A stretch of DNA of 64,000 nucleotides from Podarcis cretensis. Lineage: Eukaryota. A program made the translations under genes and the position numbers. How positions within the stretch are numbered: position 1 is the stretch's first letter; the number at the start of each line of letters is the position of its first letter. Below, one piece after another: positions 35,938 through 50,240 of the stretch. The notes under the pieces are model-generated. The model searched no databases. It was given only the letters and a program-made list of their open reading frames with translations, and was not told the DNA's origin. The stretch is taken from positions 94,364,001 to 94,428,000 of the forward strand of contig OX638150.1 of the NCBI GenBank assembly GCA_951804945.1. The letters run 5' to 3'.

Positions 35938-36303
35938 GGTAAAGGTAAAGGACCCCGGCAGTTAAGTCCAGTTGTCAACAATTCTGGGGTTGCGGCGCTC
36001 ATCTCACTTTACTGACCGAAGGAGCCGATGTTTGTCCGCAGACAGTTTTTCTGGGTCATGTGGCCAGCATGAATAAGCCGTTTCTGGCAAAACCAGAGCA
36101 GCACACGGAAACACCGTTTTACCTTCCCACCAGAGAAGTACCTATTGATCTACTTGCACTTTGACGTGCTTTCAAACTGCTCGGTTGGCAGGAGCTGGGA
36201 CCGAGCAACGGGAGCTTATCCTGTCGCAGGGATTCCAACCGACAACCTTCCGATCAGCAAGCCCAAGGCTCAGTGGTTTACACCACAGCACCACCAGCGT
36301 CCC
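35938..36303 (-). mobile_element. Near full-length Sauria SINE
   Basis: Minus strand starts GGGACGCTGGTGGTGCTGTGGTGTAAACCACTG (tRNA-derived head) and ends in an ACCTTT tail. Confidence 0.9.
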
Positions 36304-38564
36304 TTAACATCTCAAAAGCACAGGATGGAACATAGAGAGGAGCAAATGAGCGCATTCCACAATATTCTGTATGGCCAGAGACCTATATACTAAATGTGCA
36401 CCCATGAAACAAACATGTTTAATGTTTGGTATTCAAGATCTTTTGGTGTAGCTTTCATCTGATCTTTTTAGTTTCTGCCAGAGGCTCTTCCCATTTGTGT
36501 CCTTTTTTGTAGTTTCTTCTGACAGTTACACATTTAAACAAAAGGTTCTCTGTATGTGTGTGTGTATATACTTTAATAAACTTTTTCTTTTCATAGGAAA
36601 GGTTATGTTGTGTTAGGATGAGTGCATAAAAGGTCTCAGAGCATCTTCTGTTTAGCCCGCAGAGGAGCTGTGAGCCTCGGGCAGAAGGAATTGCAGATTG
36701 CTAGCCGATTAGAATAAAAAATATTCGTTTTAATATTTTTGTATGCCTTATTGCTTTTTCACTTGCTTGACAGTTTCATCTACCCACTGCCATCGGCTAT
36801 CTTCATCAGTGACTGATCTCTTTTCCCTCTCCTGTCCAACAATGCAGGAACATTTGAATTGCAGGACAGACTAGAAACCTTTATTTCATATAATAATAAT
36901 TGTTACAATAGAAAGTGACTGCTGTGCACTGAACATTCTTGAATGTCACTTGACTCACATTTAAATATTCTCCTCTATGTCTCACTGTAACAAAGAAACT
37001 GAATACTAAACAATGGAGCCATTACCAATCCAAAATCTACATCCTTCTACTACTCGACAGTCAGTGGTCAGTAGGACTATTTTACCTACTGCCCAGGTGA
37101 TTGTGAGTGTAATGAATGACTAATGGTTATGCATGCAACACAGAAGAAACATAAACATCCATGGAGTAATTTTTTAAAGGACTGAAGTCATATGTGGCAT
37201 ATCCTCTTCTCTCTCTGGAAAATATAGCAGATCAAAGAAACTGGACTGTCACATTTAGGGGTCACCCTTCTGGATAAAGTGGGGGTGGGGGAGAGGATAA
37301 ATTATATTTGGACAGCATTCATGTTGCTTGCATTTTGTCCGCAGATTCCACTGAGATGGAAAGCTGTCTCAAGTAGGTTGTGCAACATTTCAGAAACCAC
37401 CTTGGTATCACAAATTCCAAATACAGGCATATTGATTTGATACATGTGTTTGGGTGTCTTCTTGGTTAACGAAAGAAATAATTAATGCCAAACTGTATAA
37501 AGAGCCTACCCACTGTTCAACTTAGTGTGTCAGTTTTTTCATAAGCATCAACAACCGCTGACAGTTAATTTACTGCCATTTATTAGTGACTTCCTGGTGC
37601 TGGGCTATTGTTAATCTTGTTGCCACTAGACTAGTCATCTATGGGAGAGGAGGCTCATATCACCAGGGTGGGTGAGGGACGAAATAGGCAAACTTTTCAC
37701 CCTGAAGCATTTCATTGTGAAACTTTTTATAAGCCAATGTTCAACAGAGTCCTGTGAAGAACATTCACTGTTCTATAATATATCAAGAAGTTTTCTGGGT
37801 GGTGGTTTGTATAAATTATTTTCTCATCAACCCTTTTACAAGGCAAGTTAAATGATGAGAATGAGGAAAAATTAGCCTTGAATAATTTCTAAAAAGAAAC
37901 GTGCCAAAATCAATCAGATAAATTATTAACAATGAATAATTTGACCAGCTCAATTAGGCTAAAATGTCAGCATTAGCCACTGTCAGAAAGAGGTTAGCTA
38001 ATCAGGTAAAATCATTTGACTGTTCTGTGGGACAAATTTTGATGATGATGATGATGATGATAACAATAACATATTTATACCCCACCCATTTGGCTGGACT
38101 TCCCCAGCCACTCTGGGCGGCTTCCAACAAAATATTAAAATACCGTAATCCATCAAGCTTCAATGAAACTCTGTACAATTCCCACTTCAACAGATCACAA
38201 TAATCTTTCTGATATAGTTTTATGGTTTCAAAATACAAATCCCAAACAAATCATTCTTTAAATTCCCTGTCTCTAGCCTACTTGTCCACCTACAATCATT
38301 ACAGAAGAAACATTTGCTTCTGATCAAATGTTTGACATCAACATAGACCACAACGAGTATTTAATCATGCTGGTAAAGAGGTCAGAATATGGTAAAAACA
38401 ATCCTAGTTCATCATGAATTGAACCCTTGGATCTGCTTTAGTCTAAACATGGGGTACTTGAGACCCTCTAAGTGTTGCAAGAATCTAACTGCCATCAGTC
38501 CCCACCCAGCATGGCTAATGGACAAAGATGATGACAACAGCATATACACAGCTCCCCATTCCCT

Positions 38565-38700
38565 AAAGGCCATCCCATCCAACTCCCTTCAATGCAAGAA
38601 TCTCAACTAAAGCATCCATAAATAGATGGCCATCCAACCTCTGCTTAAAAACCTCCAATGAAGGAGAGTCCACCACTTTCCAAATGAGTCTGTTCCAATG
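38565..38700 (-). mobile_element. CR1 3' fragment
   Basis: GATGGCCATCCAACCTCTGCTTAAAAACCTCCAATGAAGGAGAGTCCACCAC. Confidence 0.75.
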
Positions 38701-38773
38701 CTACTTACTCAGTCTAGCTGTCTAGGCACAGGAATTTCTTAGCCTTGCTGCCTTAGATTTTTAAAGTAAATTA

Positions 38774-39016
38774 GAGTGGTACCTCTGGTTACGTACTTAA
38801 TTTGTTCCGGAGGTCTCTTTCTTAACCTGAAACTGTCCTTAACCTGAAGCACCACTTTAGATAATGGGGCCTCCCACTACCGCTGCGCCGCCAGAGCACA
38901 ATTCCTGTTCTCATCCTGAAGTAAAGTTCTTAACCCAAGGTACTATTTCTGGGTTAGCAGAGTCTGTAGCCTGAAGCGTATGTAACCTGAAGCATATGTA
39001 ACCCAAGGTACCACTG
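38774..39016 (-). mobile_element. Tigger-like MITE family A copy 6
   Basis: Same TIRs and body, TA flanks. Confidence 0.92.
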
Positions 39017-39515
39017 TATATGGTAGATTGGCCCTGACAACTTTTAAGTGCAAATCGGTTATCTACAGCACTTCCAAGAGTGTTTCGTTACTACTATATT
39101 TCAGGCAGAGAAGTTGGCATGAATGTTTAGGAACACAGTGATGGCAAAATTACAAAACACTATGAGAAATACTTATGGATGGGTGGAGACTCTTTTGCTG
39201 TTTTCAGAATTGGAATACAATCCACGGGGAGAGGGGGAGGATTAACTATGCCACAAATTATTAACAATTTGATATTAGAGGCCCAGTGACTAGAATATAT
39301 TTGGGATTCTAATCCTGGCCCAGCCTGACATATTTGGACTGCTGCTGCTAAACCCAGCTAGAAACTACTTGCAAACTTTGATCACCAGGATTATGGCACA
39401 GGTACTGCAGAGTTGAAGAAAACATAGCCTGAACATAGAAAAGTATTTTCCTCTTCAGAGTATCTGTAAACTGACAAACAAGGAATGTATTATATCATTC
39501 AGAAATCACGCTCAC

Positions 39516-39602
39516 CTTTTTTGGAACCGCTTCTTAAACTGTCCATGGGATAGCTCTTTCCCTGGTATTTATGATGAAGGGTCCCAAACATGTGACACGC
39601 AC
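39516..39602 (-). CDS. Candidate 87-nt symmetric exon (phase 1: xACHMFGTLHHKYQGKSYPMDSLRSGSKK)
   Basis: Acceptor GTTTGTTTTTGCTTTTTTAATGCAG, donor AAG|GTGAGC, 29 codons, only the phase-1 frame is open. Confidence 0.6.
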
Positions 39603-40516
39603 CTGCATTAAAAAAGCAAAAACAAACCAGAGCTCTTATTTAGATCAGTGAAGCAGATAATGTAAGGTGGACAGTGCTGAGCCCATAGACCTAAAGAAAA
39701 AGATGTAGGACATTATAGAGCTATAACACAGAGAAAAGATAAGAAACAACCGAGTCACATGATCCTTTGTAGGGATGCTGATCCACCTTGTCATCTCTAC
39801 CCATAAAAGCAAGCTCTGCCATGGGACAGAAAACAGCTGCATGAGAAGCCTGCAGAGGCTACAGAAAGAACTGTAAGAGTGGAGGGATGTCCTATTTGCC
39901 ATCCTTGGGCCCACCTGAGAATATCACCAAACCTGCTATAGCCTGGAACTGAATGTGGAGAGTGCAGCCAGGAATGACCCAAGACATTTTTGAACCTGAA
40001 GTGAACCACAAAATGGTGCTTCCCAAGCAAGGAAAAAAGTGTTGAATGAAGCTCTACATCAGGAACAAGGTGGAAGGGGGTGCGGTATAAGGATCTACAC
40101 TGGCACCTGTTGCCCCTGTGGATTCTGCTGCCTGAGGTGGTTGACTCAACTTACATCATGGCCCTGAGTGCAGCTGACTGCTGAATAGGGCATAATGTGG
40201 GAAGCCTGGGGAAATGCCATCTACCCTGGTGGCAGTCGATAAAAACTGTCTAGAGAGAGTGCTTAGGATAACGACAGCAGGTTCATGGAGCGCTCTTCTT
40301 TGTGGGATTTTGCAGGTGAGCTGTGAGCTTGTTTGGTCCCTGGGAGGGTGGGTGAGTGGAGTCCTGCATAAAAGCCACGAAGTTGAGAGAAGAAGTGTGT
40401 CATTAAGAAGGAACGGGTAACGAGTCTATATTTCTATCAACATAGCATTTGCACATGTAAACACCATGTGTATTTTTGTAACATTTGTTGTTTTAAGTTG
40501 TCTGTGTTGGTATAGT

Positions 40517-40536
40517 TCACAGACACACACACACAG

Positions 40537-40589
<53 letters not shown>
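40517..40589. repeat. Compound (AC)n(AG)n microsatellite
   Basis: Read directly. Confidence 0.95.
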
Positions 40590-40591
<2 letters not shown>

Positions 40592-43500
40592 ACACTATCC
40601 AGCAAAGGAATTCTTGTTAAAATGTGTGTGTGTATAGATATAGAGAGTTAGTACACCAAAGAATAATAACTCTTACACAGTTGTCAGTGGGTGTGTGAAA
40701 TGCAAGAGCACAGGGGTTGGGTATGGAGGAGCAAAGCACTTCCGGAGCTGGGGGCAAAAGAGTAACGGTGCTGTGCAAAACATCTGCCTCTCTTATTTTT
40801 CCTGGAGGACAGAAAATCTTTTGTTATCAACTTGTTCAGTTAAATTACAAGCTCCAGCAAAGCCGATTACGTACTATCCAGTGCCTCTTGCTATTCTTAA
40901 TTATTTGACTATGACTTCAGCCGAAAGGAGGTGCTTTCTCTAGACGTTGCAGAGTTTTCAGCTGAAATAATCTAATTTCACTCTCACTTAAGTAAATCTC
41001 TATTTCAATAGACACTGTTCCAGCTGTTCTTGATCAAAGTTCTGATGCCCTGCTCTGGGGAGTAATAAAGCCATCCCCACTACCTACAAACAATATCACT
41101 CCATTGCCTCATGACAGCAGTATCTCCACATATGCAGGAGTAAGAAAGAGCAGTCAAGAGAGCATGTCTTTTCACTCTCAATAAAAGGTTTCCTCCTGTC
41201 TGTCATTTCCCCCCATAAGAAAGCACCAAAATAACAACTTCGACTCTAAGTGGCTCGTATTAAAGTTGTGCTCTTCATAAGCCCATCTAAAAGACATTTG
41301 TTGCTATTAAGGGCTTCAGTTTTTGAAAGCCAAGCTACATAGTATCTATCAAAATATTTGTACTTGTCTGTAAACTGCTGGCTCAACTTTTAAGCTATCA
41401 TTTCTTGGGTAACTAATCTCTACTATGAAGTAACACCCTAGGATTATAACCATATTTATACACTACTAGATAAATCGCAGGATAAAAACATTTGAGGGTT
41501 ATTTCAGGAGGAACTGGAATGTTCTGTGCCGACCTATTTCTCAAACTGTAATAGCTTTCTTAAGAGTGGATCATGTTTTATTGGGATTAATATTGACTTA
41601 AGGTGCCTAAAATGGATAAGTGTCTTCCCAGGTGCATCCTGGGGCTCTTTCAAATATTAGTCAGAGAAATAAGTTCTGCCAGTGTTCTGAGAAAGCACTT
41701 CTATTTGCTTAATTCAAATATATGTCTGGATGAGCATGATCAATGTTCATTAAAAAAAAAAAACTACCAAAGTGACAGGTACACAAAACAGCTCTGGATG
41801 TTTACACATTTAAGCTTTCAGAGTTTTAATGAATAAATGGACTGTGTGCTTCCAAACGCAGGAAGGCACCATCTATAACTTTATATATTTGACACTTGAT
41901 TACTCTTAGAAAGAATCTGGCTTGTGTGTTTGTTTCAAAACTTGCAAGGATGGTACTACTTAAAAACAAGCTGCAGGAAGCATAATCTTTTAAAATTCCA
42001 AGAAAAATGAAGTGGTGATATTTTGGTGAAATAAAAGATTTATTATCTTCAATATTGCCACTATCTAATTTAATACAAAGTTTCGTTGAAAATAAAAATT
42101 GTCTCCACATGCTCCATAAGCTACTATTTCCTCTACCCACTTCAAATGTATGCAATATTTCTGAGCGATCTCTGCTATAGGAAAACGGATTCCAAGTGAC
42201 AAAAATGGACTCTTCTTAAAACTTAAATAGAAAAGAGTCCAGGTCATGAAAACCTGCTTGATTTACAATTTAGCAGGATTAATAAAGGATGTAAAAATTT
42301 ACTCCTGATTTCTCAAGGTTTGACTGGGGACTTGCTTCTGCCAGCCACAACCTAAACTGGGGGAAAAAAGAAACATGACGGATGGACAGAGGGGAAGATT
42401 CTCACTCCCCAAAAGCTTGTACAGTGAGCACAAAGGCTTGTAATATTGCAGTCAAGCAGAAATTTACAAACCAAGTTTGCAAAGCAACAGAACAAAAAGA
42501 ACACTTTTTTTGTGATGAATGGCTTCCATCTGTGGAGTTCACAGGCAAAAAGAAACTAGATTAATCTAAAGCCTAACAAGATGAATACAGAGTCATCTAT
42601 ATGCTCCAAAAACCGTGACTAAGGAATGTGTAAAGCGAAGCCTTAGACAACCGACACACTTTGGTAACCACTTGTGGGGTGGGTGGGAGGGAACTGTGAT
42701 TCAATTATGCAAGGGTTTTTTTTAATTTAATTTTCCTGAGAAGTGATCCCTTGTATAGCAAATCTTAACCAAGGGACTGATTCAGTTTCCATCTGCAACC
42801 CCTATGTGTACTGGTCCACACATGAAAGTTTTCACCTGTCAACCTACCAGCAGCTCTCCCACCACCACAGTAATGCACTTGTGGAATTGCTATGGATGTC
42901 TTGTGGCATGAATAAGGATTAGGCTTAAAATCTTCACTTTAAAAAAAAAAAAAAACCTGGCATATTAGTCGCTCTTGTGCATGTAAAAACCCCCCTGAAG
43001 CCATCTAAAATATTATCTATCCAATAAAGCCCTAGAGCTAAACTTGCAATTGTGGTCATTATACTGTTGGTGCTCCCGACTATAAGAGCAGCTTCACACC
43101 AGTTGGATACTTACAGCTGTATGCAATGTTAAGAAAGGTGCTATAAATAAAAGCACTTTCTACCTTCGAGAGCATTCACTTTTGGCATGCTAATTGCATA
43201 TGTACAATCACCCAGAAGGCTGTAGCTCTGCCCCTGACTTTAGTTGTTTCCCAGTAAGGCAGTAACCACCCAGTGAAAGTAAATACTCAAGCTGGTGATT
43301 GCAAGGTGTGCTTACTGGCAGAACTTGTAGCTACAGGGAAGGTCTGAGGATTTTAATACGACACCACAGCTACCATTTTTTCCTTGTTACTTTTGCAGCT
43401 ACAACAAGACATAGGCACAAACATCTCCTAGCTTGCATATGTCTCATCTTGCTGCTCTGGATAGGGCTGCCACTGCTGCAAGAAAAATGATGGAAACCTA

Positions 43501-46500
43501 TGAAGAATTATAGCCTGAGGTGGGTGCTACATCTGCACAGCTCCTCTGGTTTTTTTGTTTGTTTGTTTTTCCTGTGCGACATTATCCTTGCCAGACTTGA
43601 TGCCTTTAGGCAAACAGCTTGCTGCTTTACTACCCCTTTGATGAAACAAAACTGATGAATGGGGTTGGGTGTTTTTGCTCATTTGTTTTTTTTGTCCTCA
43701 TACTCACGTCTGTTCTGGTTTTTAAAACTGCAACATGTTCTTATCTGTAATTAAATAATGCCCTATTTTTTTATAAAGTATGTTGAGGGGAGGCCCTATT
43801 CATTTTCTCTCACAAAAATGACTTGGCAAGTCTTCCTTGAGCTCAGAGTTGGCAAAGGAGGAGCTGACTGAGACTAAGGCTATCATACCACCAGCTGGGT
43901 AACTGGACCAGGCTCCCATGGCTGGTGGATCAGAGTCCATGGAGCCCAAGGCTGGTTGTCCAAAGCCTGCAGCAGAATCACAAATGTGTACTTGCTGTTG
44001 GAATTGAGTGCCTGCATTTACCAGCCCTCCTACTACCATGCATGGAGATGCAGAAAAGCAAACAAGTGCAATATAATTTTCCAAACATCCCAAGAAAAGT
44101 GGCATGCTTTCCTTTAACCTACATGTTGACATCAGACAGACCCTAGCCCCAGGTGAGTGGTTTGATGTCTGAACCACTCACATAGCCCCCAATGCAAAGT
44201 TCCTCTTTGTCTTCCATCTAGACTGAAGCCTAGGTGAATATCTGAAAGAAAACCTCTTATTTCTGACACACACTAGCTTCCCCCTTCCTGCTTTGCTTCC
44301 CTGGAAGTAATATAAATGTGAAATGATAGCCTGATCAAGCTGCACCGAAATAAGAAGGGTTTCTGATCCCGAGGCCACAGAGATCTGGCCTGACAGTGAG
44401 AGGATTAATCTTTCTTTTGCTATTCAACTCTGATCTAAACCTCAACCCGAGAATTTGCTGATCACACAAGCTAGAATGTACCAGATATATTTGTGTAGAC
44501 CTTTTGGTACAAGTGTAAACAGGCAAACTCTGTTGTAATAGTCACTATTTTTCCTGGGTGGAAAGGGTAGCATTATACAACATGACTAAGTCTGTATTTT
44601 TACTTTCAAAACCAGACTCCACTAAAAGGCCAAGTCTCAAGTATTTAAAAGCCATTCTCTAGAAGTCTTCAATGGGTGAAGACAGAGCCACGGATGTAGG
44701 AGGCTGGTGTCATGAGTAGAATTGTGTAAGGCACAGTAGCTGTCACAAGCCTGAAAAAAGGAGCATTAGCAGACCTCCAGAGATGGAGTGTAGAGACTAA
44801 GAAATGATGCAAAAAGGAAAAAAGAGGGAGGAAAATAGGTACTAAATGAGCTATCCAAAAGTTAGAAATGAATGAATTTTACAGCAACCTGGATTTTGCT
44901 TTCCCCAGGTGTTCCATGAATAAAACGAATTGGTAGCATCATAACACACATGACTTGGAGACACTGATAGATCGATTCACTATTGCTCTCCTTTCGCCAT
45001 GAAGCTGAAAGCAAATGCCTATAACAGGGTACTGCGCAGTGGAAGGTAAGTCAACAATATTAGATATAGAGAGGAAAAATGCATTCTCTGTTTTGTTCTT
45101 TATTTTCGTCAATCACACCCACCCACCCCCACAAATCCCTATTATAGAATTAATATGTACCAGTTCACATATAATTCTAATCATAATTCAGCATGAATGA
45201 GTAAATATGAGCACATTCAGAGTAAAATTGTGGCCACTTTGCTTCTCCCCCTGTCCTGTTGTTGTCATGCTACCTGCCACTAAGACATGGTTTGGCTTAG
45301 TATTGCATCTGAACCAGTGCTACATTTTATAGTTTTGTTTGGAGCAAGGCAAGTAATAAACTTGGGTTCACATGAACACTAAGTCAAATCATTGTATGGC
45401 AGCAGAACCAAGGGAAAAACAAAGCAGCTGTGGTTTTTCACAAAATCCACTCATATTTACCATATTTGCTCTTAGTAACATCCAAAGTTGCATTCTTTTT
45501 TCTTGCATATGCTGTGTTTGTGCTTGTTCCTTCAGACAAGAAAGTTAACACTGAACACTATTGTCCCAAATAGAATATAATGACTACCATATTTTTAATG
45601 TTATTCTGATACTAAAACATTTCCAAAACTCCACCTAAATGTTACATTTATCATAAAGAAAAGATAAACCTTTTCACTGCCCCTTCCAGAAATGAAAAAG
45701 TAAATATTGAGGTGTCTTCTAGTAACATGTAACAACTAAAAGCCCACATTGTGAAAATTCTGTTTTGCTTTGGGTAGAATAATACAGAGTCTTGACGAAC
45801 AAAGACAATCAATAGCAGTACAAATATGTTTGCTCCCTGGCATGGTCACTCACACTAGAAAAGGTTAGGTATACAAGGCCAGATAAAAGGCTCAACACTC
45901 CTGGCACAACATGTTATAAGGTAAAGAACTTTGACAATGTGATGTAAGATTAAACAACAGCTGTGCTATGTCTGGTGAAAAGCCATAGTGGTGCTATTGA
46001 AAGGTGAAAAAGGAAACATTCACAGCTGTGTGGTCAAGGAACTGCCCTGCTTTTCTCTCCCAGCCAAGGTATTTGATCATTGCTTTATGCATAGTCCCAG
46101 AGAGATTTCCTGTGTTAGGTAGTGCACTCTCTTAGCATCTGATAAAATCAACAATGAATAGAGCTGAAGGTCATCAAAACAGGTCATTTGAATAGGTTAC
46201 ATTTAGCTTGAAAAGAGGCACACACTGCTCTAGTTATCGACAGACTTGTAGGAGCTAGCACACTATACTTTTCAGAAAGAAATCCAGTCCACAGTTTGTC
46301 TTGGGTTGTATCTGAATTTGTTAGGTGAGTGGCTTTCAGTCTGAGCCCCGGCCAGAGCAATAAACTACAGCAAGATCCACTCCAGGACATACGGCTTGCA
46401 CGAAAGAGTCAACGGTAGGAATAAGGCTGCTTAGTACAGTATTACTGGATTAATCAACAAGCTCAAGTGGCTCTAGGGAGCCATTGCCCATTTGCCAGTT

Positions 46501-49500
46501 GGCAAGGTCCCACAGCATTTATGGCCAGTCTTGAAAATGGGGGAAGAGGGCATTCACTAGGGGGAGAGCGTATACTGAAGTAAGTAGAGGAAATGGATTG
46601 AGGTGAGTTGAATTACACAATTAAATTTTTAAGTAAAACTCAGAGAAGCTATCACTGTATAAATCCATACAAGATACTGCATCACATACATATTTCTTAT
46701 TCTTCTTTTGAGCCCGATGAAAGAACAGCTGAGGCAACTGACAACTAAATGGAAAAGCTATAGAGCTATAAATGATTATGAGGCCTCTGTATAAATTGAG
46801 CCTGGGAATCTGTGGTTTCATCTGAAGAAGATGGCTAAAGGCAGTTAATGAGAAAAACAAAGACAAGATATACATCCATCAACTTCCCAATTAATCAAAA
46901 TTTAGTGGACTGTTAATAAGGTAGACTTTGCATAATTTCCTGACCCTTTCATATTTTCCCTCGTTCATAGCAGATTGTAACAGAGAACATAAACATTTAT
47001 TCTTGTTTGACAAAAACATACAGAAGAGAAGTCTCTTTCAAAGGTCAATGTTACAAATATCACACCTTCGTTTTAAGACACTAGGCTATCTTCAAACATT
47101 TAATTATAAGTAGACTGTTACATTCAATGATAAAAGCTAGAACTGATTCCAGCTTGTGGTGAAGCATTTACTAATACTATCAATAAAATTCAGGAGAAAC
47201 AGCATCCTGCTATGATCAACAGTGGATCATAGTAAATACTGGAAAATAGCCTCTTCATTGTAAAACCATAAACAGCAGAAAGCACATGAAAGTGTTTTGA
47301 ACGAGAAATGGATTGAAGATTACCAACAAAGTAGTTAGACTCTGAATAACCTGACAAATGAGTCTCCAGATAAACCTACAATATTAATCAGGCCATTCAG
47401 GAAATAAAGGACAACTATTCTGTTGCTAACACAGGAGCCATAAATAAAAGCGGATGAGATAGCATTTGCACTGTTTATTGTAAATTAAAATCAATGTTTT
47501 TGCAGCAATAAATATAAAAAAGCAGGTAAGAAAAAATTGAGAATATTACATCCAATACAAATTAGTGTGTAAGCCACGTAAACGCACTAGGAGAGAAAAA
47601 CGTAAACTGGCATAAAACAAGAAGTTGGCATAAAGCAATTGGATGTAAATTAAGCTGGCATAAAGTTACACCAGATATACGTAAACCCTGTTTCACAGCA
47701 AGGCTACTGCTGCAGCTCTTCCTAAGCCGGGGGGGGGGGGGAGGCTTTGAAATGGTGTTCTATGTCAAGTTGCAAGGTCAAAAGATCAAGTTGAACTGTT
47801 TAAGATCCCCTCTCTAGGTCCTCCCCACCCCACCCCCCTTTAGGGATCTACACTGTTAGCTTTGGCTCCGTCAGATGAGACCCAGCTAATCTAGAATGAG
47901 CATGCTATGCCCGCGTATTGTAGGTTGTGCAAGGGCTGGAGACTTAATGTCAGCTGAGCCCAGCTGAGCTGGATATCCTTTGCATCTTAAACTGTGCATC
48001 CTGGTGAATTTTGCCATAGGACTGTCCCCTAAAAATAGGGCTTTTCTTCAAGTAAATAAGTTTATTCCCCCCCCCCCTTGTAACGCCAAAAAAGTAAATG
48101 GTTTCCCCAAGTTTCACAAAAAAGGAGAAAAGCTAAAAAATATGTAGTTTTTTAAATAGGGCAAAAATGAAAGGCTCATGGCGAAGATCCTGGCTGTCAT
48201 GGTCAGCATTTTTTCCTTGTGTTTTTATTTTTAATTACAAATTAAATAGAAGATATATTGGGTTGCAGAAGATGCACTGAAATCAATACCCTTGACTAAC
48301 TTACATTCACTGATACTTCAGTGGATCCATGCTTACTATGACTTAGTTGAATACAACCCATTCTATTTATCTTTCTGTTATACCATTCTGAAACTGATGG
48401 GAGTTATAGGTATCCCAGTAAGAATTATTATTACTATTATCACTATTACTACTGCTGCTGCTGCTGCTACTCAAGCTTTTTTGCCACAGTGGCGCTGTTT
48501 TGTTTATTTTAAAAAAATATATACCACTTGATTCTAAAAAACAAAAAAAAGTGTTCTACAATAAATACTCAATAAATAAAAATAATGAAAAACAAATAAT
48601 TAAAAACATTTAAAAGACAATTTAAATAACAGTAGGCTAAAAAGAAATTAAAACACGTCCATGTTTACGTGCCTTGACAGGCTTGCCCAATCCAAAATGT
48701 TTTAAGCAAGCACTGATATACTGACAAAATACGAAACACATACACGTGCAGTGGGGAGAAACACATGCATTGTTTATTTTGGTTGAATACCTACTGACTA
48801 TCAGAAGGATCCCTGGGTGTCAAGGATGCATAATAGCCCAATCATACACCCACTCTGAATATGATAATGCAATCAAACATACTCCTTTGAACACAGCTCA
48901 GCAAAAGGACAAATATTTACCAAAATCAAAAATATAGCACATCACAGAATACTACACATTTCAAGAAATGGCTATCCGGCTTCATGACAGAATAAATCAG
49001 CCTGCAGTTTATAAAGGAAAATTTACTTTTCTATCAGTTACAATCCAGACAAAGGAATAAAAAAAGTTGAAGCAAGGGAACCCTTCAAACTTCGAGAGGA
49101 TTATAGTTCAAAACTGTCATGAATAATACAACAAATTGTGTCTAATTTTCTATTTTCAGTGTATGATAAGGGGAGGCTGGATAAGTTTCAAATCACGTAG
49201 GACAACTGAACACTATTAAAAGGGGGCAGGTGGTTGTTGGGTTTGTTTTGCATTATGTTACAAATTTTACAAATCTTTGATGGATAATTATGATTTTGTG
49301 TTGCATTCTTCTCACAATGTGAAGTATTTTATTAGTCTGGATTAATTAGGAACCTCTTATGCTCTCTTTATACATTTATTTCCTCACAACAGCAGAGATT
49401 TATCACAGCTGTTCCAATTTTATTTGTCTTAGGGCAACATCTGTGTGAGCAACTCTATTCCAAATAATAAAGTAACAAGAGTTAAGTGGCTAAATATATG

Positions 49501-49998
49501 CACTGTGTGCCTCCTTCCAGCTATTATTTAATAAGAATGGGTTGATGTTATCGTAATCTCTCAGTTATTCATAAGCTTGGCTCAGTATAGTAGATGCTTT
49601 ATGGTGACCTTTAGAGTTCTGCTTCACAATTAAGAGACCAGCCAGTCATTTTTCATTGCAGAGCAGGGCAGCTGTGGAAGCCAGCAGTGAATGGAACGAT
49701 ACAGCACTACTCCTCATTGTCAGCAGGGCCACGTATTACCTCAAGCCAGGAGTAGTTGCCATTGGACTGAGAGGGTCTAACTGCAGACAACTTGTCCTCA
49801 AGCATGTATTTCTGCATGCCACATCTGCACACACAAATGGTGAGGAGCTGAAATACTTGTAAACTGATAAATCATGGAGTTTATAGAAGCAGGAAACAAC
49901 TTAAATTTAAACAGCTCCTATGGGCACACAATGGATTCAAGTGCATTTCTTCGTTAGTGGAAAGGAGGGAAATCAGAGAGATAGGTGGGATTACAGTA

Positions 49999-50240
49999 CA
50001 GTGGTACCTTGGGTTACATACGCTTCAGGTTACATACGCTTCCGGTTACAGACTCTGCTAACCCGGAAATATTACCTCAGGTTAAGAACTTTGCTTCAGG
50101 GTGAGAACAGAAATTGTGCTCCAGCGGCGCAGCGGCAGCGAGAGGCCCCATTAGCTAAAGTGGTGCTTCAGGTTAAGAACAGTTTCAGGTTAAGTACGGA
50201 GCTCCGGAATGAATTAAGTACTTAACCCGAGGTACCACTG
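49999..50240 (+). mobile_element. Tigger-like MITE family A copy 7
   Basis: TA TSD, same TIRs and body. Confidence 0.92.

Noticed and set aside
43708-43744. Minus-strand 37-nt exon with donor GTGAGT
   Set aside because: Weak acceptor, frame-shifting length, and a stop in phase 1.
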